Positions 1 through 8,400 of a stretch of DNA of 13,995 bases are shown in pieces. The notes under the pieces were generated by a model. It made no database searches, was not told the DNA's origin, and was given only the letters and a program-made list of their open reading frames with translations. Numbering within the stretch: the first letter of the stretch is position 1; every line of letters starts with the position of its first letter. This DNA comes from Fonticula alba ATCC 38817 (lineage: Eukaryota > Protista > Nucleariida): the NCBI GenBank assembly GCA_000388065.2, contig KB932203.1; one strand, written 5' to 3'. The position numbers and the translations under genes are program-made.

Positions 1-622
1 CCCCCCAGGGCCCGGCGACACGTGTGTCCCCCGCCCAGGATAGCGGAAACCCGCGGGGGCCTCCGCACACAGAGCAGGGCGCCGGGCCCCCCGGCCCCCC
101 GACCGATGGGGGAAAGATGTGTCCGCCGACACCGTGAGAGAGCCTCGAGGGGGCATGTGCGCGCGCGCGCACAGCCGGGCACGCCCCCACCTTCGGCAGC
201 CGGGCGGGGGGGCGGGGGGGGGGGGGGGCCGGCCTGACGCGGACGCCCCGCCTGGCGACAAGATAATCCTAAATGGTGCTCCCTGTTCACATGATGTGAG
301 TATCGGAGCACTCGGGCGCGTGATGCTCTTTCATTTTACGCATCGCCCCGATCGGAGGGCCCGCGCGCCGGCCAGTGATGAGGCGCGCCGGCGGGAGAGG
401 CGGCATCGGACGCGTGTGCACTGGGCGCGCCCCCAGTCGGGGTGGGCCGAGCCGGGCCGGGCCAGGCCGGGCCGGGGGGCCGCATCCCCTCCTGGGGAGA
501 AAAGTGGTCCCCTCCTGTAGCGGCGCGCGATCTCCACTCATCCAACCCCAGCCCCTTTTTGCATACTGCCGCCACGTCCCCCGCCCGCGCGCCCCAGATC
601 CCGCCCAGATCCGGATTCCCCC

Positions 623-707
623 NNNNNNNNNNNNNNNNNNNNNNNNNNNNNNNNNNNNNNNNNNNNNNNNNNNNNNNNNNNNNNNNNNNNNNNNNNNNNN
701 NNNNNNN
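623..707. other. Assembly gap (85 N), probably hiding the first exon of the carrier gene
   Basis: Run of N flanked by C homopolymers, ~90 nt upstream of the acceptor at 796. Confidence 0.9.
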
Positions 708-796
708 CCCCCCCCCCCCGGTCCCCGGCCCTCCTTTGTTGCTGCTTTCGCGCCACCTCGCCGGCCTCTGACCCCCGCCCTCCCGCGCCTCGCCAG

Positions 797-2696
797 TCCT
801 CCATCCCCTGGACACGGTGAAGATCCGCCTGCAGGCGGTCCAGCCCTCGCCCCCGCTCTACACCTCGCTCGGCCAGACGTGGGCCCGCATCGCCGCCGAG
901 GAGGGCTTCTGGCCGGGGCTCTTGCGGCCGGGGCTCGTGGCCAACCTCTATCGCGAGGCCATCTACTCGTCATTGCGCATGGGGCTGTACCCGTATGTCC
1001 GCGGGGCCCTATGCGGCGAGGATGCCGGTGCGTCGTGATACCACCACCATTGTGGTCATGGGCAGGGGAGGATGAGGGCCGGGCCGGGTGGGGAGCCTCT
1101 GCCCTGTGGCCCGGCCTTGCTGCCACCCCTCAGCCAGCGGCCCCGGCGATGCTCACACTAACATGGCCGTGCCCCTCCTCGCCGCGGTGACCGCCAACAC
1201 CCGGGCCTAGACCCTGGCCTGGCCAAGCGCCTGCTGGCCGGGCTGCTGACCGGGGCCATCGGCTCGGCCCTGGCCAATCCCCTGGATCTGGTGAAGATCC
1301 GCATGCAAGCCGAGGCTGGTGTCATTCGCGACGGGCGCTATGTGGTACGCGCGTGCAAGGGCACATTCGCACAGGCGCCGAAAATGGGGAAGGCCGCCTC
1401 CGGCCATGGAGATCTGACCACCTATATCCCCGGCCTCCCGGCAGACCGGCCTCCGTACCGGCAGCGCCCCGACTGCCACCTCGACAATGGGGTTCCTCCG
1501 GCATGCCATGTATGCCCCCCAGCCGGCGGCGCCGGCCCTCGCCCCGCCGACCGTCAGCGTCGACGCCCTGCGGCGTGTCAATGCGGCGGTCTCGCCGCCG
1601 GGGGGGCTGATCAGCGCCTCGGCCGAGGCTGCTGCTGGCGCCACCACCGGGCCGCTGGTCTTTCGTCCGTCCGGGCTCTTCCGGGGCGTCGGCCCGACGG
1701 CCGCCCGTGCGGCCCTCCTCACTGCCGGCCAGATGGGCACCTACGACCACTCGAAGACCGTGCTCAAGCGCAATGGCCTCATGAATGAGGGTCTGGCTCT
1801 GCACTCGGTGTGCGTGACCGCCTCGGCCCCTGGCCCTTTGGCTGTCTCTTGCTCTGCCCGCCTGCCTGCCCAGCTGCCTGCGCTCCCCTCTGATGTGCCT
1901 GCCTCCTTACGCCCGACCTGCTCGCCCCCCGCCCCCTCTGATGTGCCCCTCTCTGTCGCGCTCTCTCCCTCTCCCTTGCTCCCTCTCCGCCGTGCGTGCC
2001 GCCCTCCAGTGCAAGTCTCATTGCTGGCCTCACAGCCACCACCATCAGCATGCCGGCCGATGTGATCAAGACGCGGCTGATGGCCGCCCGTCGATCGGCC
2101 GATGCCGCCGCCGCCCCTGGTCCCCCTGGCGGGGCTCCGCTGTCCACGGCCGGTGTGCCCGCCGTTCGGTCGCTGCTGTCTCCGACCACCACGCTCGGAT
2201 GCGTGGTCGATGTACGTTCCACTCTGGGAGTGTGCATGCCCCTTTTCCTTCCTCCTCCCCCCCCACACACACATGCACATGCACATGCACATGCGCATGG
2301 ACGCTCGCGCGCACACACTGAGCCAGGCACAGCCAGAGAGGTGGGCCACGAGAAACACCCCCAGACACATGAATCTAACTCCGGCCGACATCCAGATCAT
2401 CAAGCGGGAGGGCATGCTTGCCCTGTGGCGCGGCTGGTGGCCGGCATATCTGCGCATCGGCGCCCACTTTATCATTGTACGTGTCGCGCCCACGGGAGCG
2501 GGTTTCGCCACCCAAGAGGGCCCCACACGGCGAAACCGTCGCCCTGCCTCTCCCTCTCTGTCCCCTCGGCGGGACGATCCCGTCCCCCAGTACTGACGCT
2601 CGTTGGCCCCTCCGCCCCCCCCGGCCACCACCGGACACACAGTGCCTGCCACTGAACGAGCAGATCCGCAGTGCGATGGGACTCAGTGCTATCTGA
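797..2696 (+). CDS. Mitochondrial carrier (SLC25/MCF), UCP/dicarboxylate/2-oxoglutarate carrier-like; 5'-partial. Exons 797-1027, 1211-1344, 1445-1809, 2010-2211, 2396-2476, 2643-2696
   Basis: Three PX[DE]XX[KR]XR signatures: PLDTVKIRLQ, PLDLVKIRMQ, PADVIKTRLM. Even-helix motifs REAIYSSLRMGLY, GVGPTAARAALLTAGQMGTYDH and EGMLALWRGWWPAYLRIGAHFII; ends LPLNEQIRSAMGLSAI*. All five introns are GT(A/G)CG...AG and keep frame. As recalled, the pattern resembles Dictyostelium UcpB-type carriers. The N-terminal ~25-30 aa are not visible. Confidence 0.95.
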
Positions 2697-3617
2697 TGCG
2701 GTGCGATGCACGTGATATCAGACTGTGGGCTACGGCCACATTCCTTGTCGCCCACAATACACGCTCCCTTCTGCCCCCTTGCCTGTGTCCCCCCCCCCCC
2801 TGACTTATGCCAAGGGGCGAGGGAAAAGATGTAATGTGCCAACCTTCGCGGCCTTGGTGCTGAGCCCGGTGTCAACCGTCACCGGGGGTGCTGTTGCTGT
2901 TGATGCCGCCAAGGCCGCCGGGCTCAGCCGCGCCCCCCCTCCCCCCGCCTCGGTTCCTCTTTTTGCCTGGACCAAGCCCTGCCCCCCGCCCTCCCACCTC
3001 CCGATCTGGCCGACCACGGCCCCCCCCCCCCCCCCCTGACCCCCCCCCCCCCCCCCCCCCCCACTTACCCCCCCGATACCGTCCGCCTCCCCTGTGGCTG
3101 CAAGCGTAAGCGTACGTCGTTCCGTGCTCGGCCACCCACTCGCGCTCGCCCCTGATCGCATGGCCTCCGCTCCCCGCTGGGGACCTTAATTGCGTCTTGC
3201 AGTTACTCTCGGAGACCTTTGAGAGGCGTGGTGCATGGGGGCCGGGGTGGCGAGGTGGACGCACCAAACAGCGGCTGGCCCCGGCTTAGGTGGAGTCAAG
3301 GATGTGGCCAGGGGACGGGAGCCCGAGGGCCAGTGCTGCCTGGCCCTCGGCGGTGCAGGGGATCCGGCGCCATTCGAGTCTGGCGCGGGGGGACTCGCGC
3401 GAGAGGGGGCGAGGCCTTTTTCGGCCACATGCCCTGACCAGGTGGAGGAGGGCCACTCCTCTTGGCTGCCACACGCAATGCCTCGGCAACACTGCCCCCA
3501 CCATCTCTGCTCCCCATCCGCCTCCCATCCGCCCTCCAAGACACTCGCACACAGGCACACAAGCACACACGCACACGCACACCCATCGACCCTCGCTCTA
3601 GCGCACTCGCGCCTGCG

Positions 3618-5240
3618 ATGACCGAATCGCCGACCACTGAGCAGCAGGCACCGCCGGTCCCTTCGGTCACGGTCCTGCCGGGAAAGGTCTCTCATTTGGG
3701 GGTCGACCAAGAGGATGCTGCCTCGATCGTCTCAGACGAGCAGCTCGTCGCCGAGAACGCCCCGAGCGCCCAGGCAACACCGCCGCTCGGGTCGGACCAG
3801 CTGTCCTCTCGGCCTGACGACCGATCTTCAGATGCCCAGGCCACGGCCGACCAGCCTCCAAGCACCGAAGCCGCGGACGCGCCGCCGGCCCTGCCACACG
3901 CCCCGGCCATGATCACCATCACGCCGGACGCTCGCACGGACCAGGTGCTGGAGTCCACCGATTCCGGCACCCTAACGACCGAGCTGGAGGAGGAACCTCC
4001 GCTTGGCACCGACACCTCACGGGAGGCCGATGCGCCTGGGGCTGACGGACCGGAGGGCCTGGCCCAGGCCACCGGGGGCCTGGCTGAGGGCCGCGCCACC
4101 TCCGAGGCTTCCGCCAGCGAGGGCTGCAGCACCGCCCCCTCGCCCAGCACCGAACCCCATGCTCCGGCCCCCGAAGCCGGAATGCCGGGCGCTGACCCGG
4201 TCGACCCCGGCGAGACGTCCATCCTGCGCATCCCCTTTCAGGCGACGCTGCGCCGGCTGCTGCGCACCTGGGCCGAGCAGGGCGGCTCCGGCCGCGGGGA
4301 GTGCGCCGCATGTCAGCCGAGCCGCACATCGAGCCGGGATTCCCTCTCGGAGGTGGTGTTGGATTTCGACACGAGCCCCGGGGGCGACGACGCCCCGGCC
4401 ACCGACGCGCCAGCCGGGGCCCGGGGCACCGCCTCCCCGCGCGTCAGCAACGCCTCGCTGCCGGTGGTGGAGATGGACCAGGATGGCGACGTGGTCCGGA
4501 GCCACGCGCTCCAGTGCCCGCAAGGGTGGCTGCTCCTGCTGCCGGAGGCTCCCTCCAATGGCCCGGGATCCGAGGCTGACGATGAGCCCCTCTCCCCGGC
4601 GCCGACCGCGGAGGAGCTGGCCCAATCGCAGCTGCTCGGCTTCCTGTCCGAAGCTGTCAGCCTGGACCCGGACCTGGAGGAGAACCAGCACGCGGCCGGT
4701 ACGTGCTCGCCCGCACATGCGCCCCCGGTCAGCCGGTCCTCCGGGCTTGAGCTCTCCCAGGACTGCCCCGCCCCCGCCCCCCCCGGGGGCGTGTGTGGGC
4801 ACCGGGCCGGGGCCAAGAAAATTGACCATGGTGCCGGCTCATGTGTCCCTGCGCGCCCGGTCCCCGACCCTGGGCCTGCTGCCCTGCTAACCGCTTTGAC
4901 TGCCTGCCTCGCCGCCTACACACCCTACCTTCCGCCGCCGACCCCCTCGTTCGCCCTCCCCTCTCCCCCCCGATCTACACCCCCCCCCCCCCCCCCCCCT
5001 CCTTCGCACCTGCTGACCATGTCACCCGCCCACCTGCTGGCCCTGCTGCCCGCGCCTGACAGAGCTTTGCGGGCTGACCGTGCGCGCGGCCACCGAGGTC
5101 GCCGCGGCCGGGGCCCCGGTGTCCTCCAAGCGTGATGTCCTCCTCCTGACCTATCTGCTGCTTCGAGTGCGCTTTCGATTTGATACCGTGCGGACGACAG
5201 CCACCCGCCGCTCTTTCACCGCTTGGCTGACCTCGCTCGC

Positions 5241-5339
<99 letters not shown>

Positions 5340-5349
5340 NNNNNNNNNN

Positions 5350-5447
<98 letters not shown>

Positions 5448-8400
5448 GGCCATCCTTTTCTTCCCTACCCCTCCGCGCCGTGCCCCGGCGGTCAGCTCGA
5501 TGGAGATACTGCCGCGGCCGGGCGCATCTTCCGGCATCTGCGTCGATCGCAGCGCAAGCTGGATGCCGGGCTGATTCGCGGTCGGTCGGCCGGCCAGCGG
5601 GCCGTGCACATCCCGCCCTTCGTCGAACGCCGGCTCTGTCCGGATGCCGCAGACTCGGCCACGCGCACCCGTGTGGCCAATGCCCTGGATGACTGGTACA
5701 TTTGCATGCAGTGGTTCATCGCCGGCACCTGGGCTTGCTTCGGGGTACGTGGAGAGCCCCTGCCGGCCGCCCTTTCCTGCTGGCCCTCGTCAAGACCCAG
5801 GAGGGGGGGGGGGGGGTGTCTGCCATTCTCTTGCCTGACACACGCACATATATGTTTATCCATGCCACGGCCACTGTCCTCGCGGCCGTCGCCCTCGCGG
5901 CCCTTCCTGTCCATCGACCACCTCCCTGGTGCCCGGCCGCCCGGCAACCCGACCACCCAACCAACCAACCATTCGTTGCGCAGCTCGCCGCCAACTGGAC
6001 CGGGGTGTTGGTACATGCGGCCCTGACCGAGCAGCTGCCCGGGCTGCTGGACGCCCTGGCCCGGCAGGCGGCCACCAATGCCGTGGTTGCCGCGCCGGCC
6101 GAGGGGGATCTGGACACCCTGGAAGAGCCGGACTCCTTCGATGTGGCGATCCGACTGCGCGCGGCTCGGGCGCTGGCCCGCATCGGCGACCCCCTGCTGG
6201 CCAATGTCAATTTGGCCGTCTGGACCGGGGAGATTTATGACGAGTGGCCGGTCGAACGCCGGACCTTGTGCGAGCAGCAGGACCGGGCCCCGGGCCAGGA
6301 CGACGCCCCCCCGGGGGATGACCTGTTTTTCGTGGAGCACCGCGACACCGGCGAGACTCTGTCCGCCATGTTTGGCGCGGTGTCGACCACGGCCGCGGCA
6401 TCGCTCCTGCTGGCCGGCCTGACCAGCCCGGCCCCGGGGGCTGGCGATGCCCGGCACCCGGCCGGCCCGCTGGTCCAGCTGGAAGACCACCAGCGTGGCT
6501 TGTCCTCGGTGAGCATCTCCTTGCGCGCGTTGCTCGGCGACCCGGACGCCCTGCTGGCCTTGGTGGACTTCGCCAATAGCCAGGCGGACAATGATGTGCG
6601 CGAAGCTCGTGACACGGCCACCGGCCGCCGGGCACGTCTTCGCCAGCGCCTCCGCCGACTGGCCGGCCACAAGACGGCCACCGGCGGCAAGCCCGACCCC
6701 CCGACCACCTCGGCACATGGCCATGCCCACTCGGACGACATGCGCCACCAGGCGGGCTCCCCGGATGACGCAGACCGGCAGTCGGCCGATGGGCCCCGGC
6801 TGGAGGAGCTGGTCGAGGGGGCGGACGAGCGAGACATGGAGGAGGCGGAAGCTGAGGCCCACGCCCTGGCTGCTGGGGCCGGACGCTCGACTCGCACCCA
6901 GCGTGCCCTCAATGCGGCGTACCTCTTTTGGCGGTGCCTGGAGTTCGAGCGGGCAGCCCTCATGCTCGGCGAGGGCACGGTCGAACAGGGCCGCGATGTC
7001 CTGGAGGCCATGGCCCGGGAGATTATCGACGCGTACTTGGTGCCAGGCGGCCCGGAGTATGTGGGACCCCTGCCGGAGACCTGCCTGCAGCATGTGTCCG
7101 AGCGTCTGTTCCAGGGGACCGACATTCGCCGGGACCTCTTCCGCCCGGTACGCGAGTACCTCCTGCCCGCGTCGGCGGCCGAGGCGGCCGAGGCCCGGCC
7201 CGGGGGCCGTGCCGCTGCTGGCTGGCAGGACGACGCGTCGGACCCCGGCCCGGGGCCCGACCTGCGCAAGCTCCTGCGCGCCTTCCTGGCCGACGGGTCC
7301 CGGGCCAACTCGGTCCTGCAAACGGACCAAGCTCGCCGGCGGGAGATCGCCCTGGCCACGGCCAGCCTGGCGGCCAAGCGCAAGGCCGCACGGCGCCGGG
7401 CCCGCGCCCAGGACGCCCTCCTGGCGGCCGGTCGCGCGCTGGCCGGCCAGGCTCCCTCCCTGCGCCGAGGACTCCAAATGCCTGCGGAAAGGACCGCGGC
7501 ACAGGTGCTTGCCGCCGTCCGTCGGACCGGTCGGGCCTTGCCGCGGATGGGGCGCCGCGCTCGACGCGCCCGCGCCATGGACTTCCTGCCGGCGCCGGCG
7601 TCGACGGGCCACGCCGGCGATTCGGCCGGTGCCCCGCCCCTGACCGAGGACCACCCCGCGGACGACCCGCTCATCTGGCAATGTGACGCGCTGATCTTCG
7701 ACCGGGGCAAGTGGATGGTGCGTCGCCATTAGGCCCTCCGCCTGGCCGGGGGCCTTTTTTTCGCCTCCGGTAGCCACGGACGCGCTCCCCGGTCCCCAGC
7801 GTGTCGGCCGGTGATTTTTGGAGCTCTCTCCCTCTGCCTTGCCCGCCTTGTGACCATGGCCACCGCACTAACACGCGCCCTCGCGAACCCCGGGGCTCCA
7901 ATCCGGGCCGCAACCACCCCACGCCACAGCCCAGTGACACCCCCCCGCCGTCGGTGGACGAGGCGATGGACGTCTGTGCTCGGACCACCGTGGCCAGCTT
8001 CCGCCTCGGCCCCGGCGGGGACCCGGATGCCCCGGGCGCGGCACTGACCCTGGACCCGGAGACCCTGGTCACCGGGCTGCCAGAGGTGATCCTCCTGCAG
8101 CGCGTCAGCGATCCCGCCCGGGCGGCCATCCTCTCGTGCATCACCATCCAACGAATGTACTGCGTCACGCCACCGGCCCCGCGCGACAGCATGGCCTTCG
8201 CCGCCGGGCTGATGATCCTCTCGCGCATCCGGCCCTCGCTGGTGGTGGTCCTGCCAGATGCCCCGGTCATGATGATGCTCTGCGGGCTGAACGCTCGCCG
8301 CACCACGCTGGCCACCTTCGACGCGCATCCGGGCGTCCTCCAAGGCCTGGCCAGCGTCCAGCGCCAGCCGGGCTGGCGCGCCACCGACTGCATTTATGCC

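Noticed and set aside
291-400. Box C-like ATGATG/GTGATGA motifs with a GC hairpin (snoRNA or SECIS?)
   Set aside because: No downstream box D or terminal stem, and no SECIS geometry.
1885-1947. 15-nt direct repeat CCCCTCTGATGTGCC in carrier intron 3
   Set aside because: Small local duplication of a branch-like site; no evidence of function.
2850-2915. TPP riboswitch (GGTGC-TGAG...ATGCC-GCC-AAGG resemblance)
   Set aside because: Lacks P3, the CUGAGA and UGAU motifs in the right place, and the GCG pyrophosphate-binding junction.
5151-5609. Minus-strand polyglutamine ORF (and plus-strand poly-Cys/poly-Leu ORFs)
   Set aside because: These are translations of the intronic CTG microsatellite; the flanks have no protein-like content and overlap the RGS gene exons.
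5492-7777. 761 aa antisense ORF and other long shadow ORFs
   Set aside because: Expected opposite a GC3-rich coding exon in high-GC DNA; no recognisable motifs.
7810-7824. 14/15 match GGTGAYTTTTGGAGC with 9320-9334
   Set aside because: Short, no flanking similarity, one copy intronic; likely chance.
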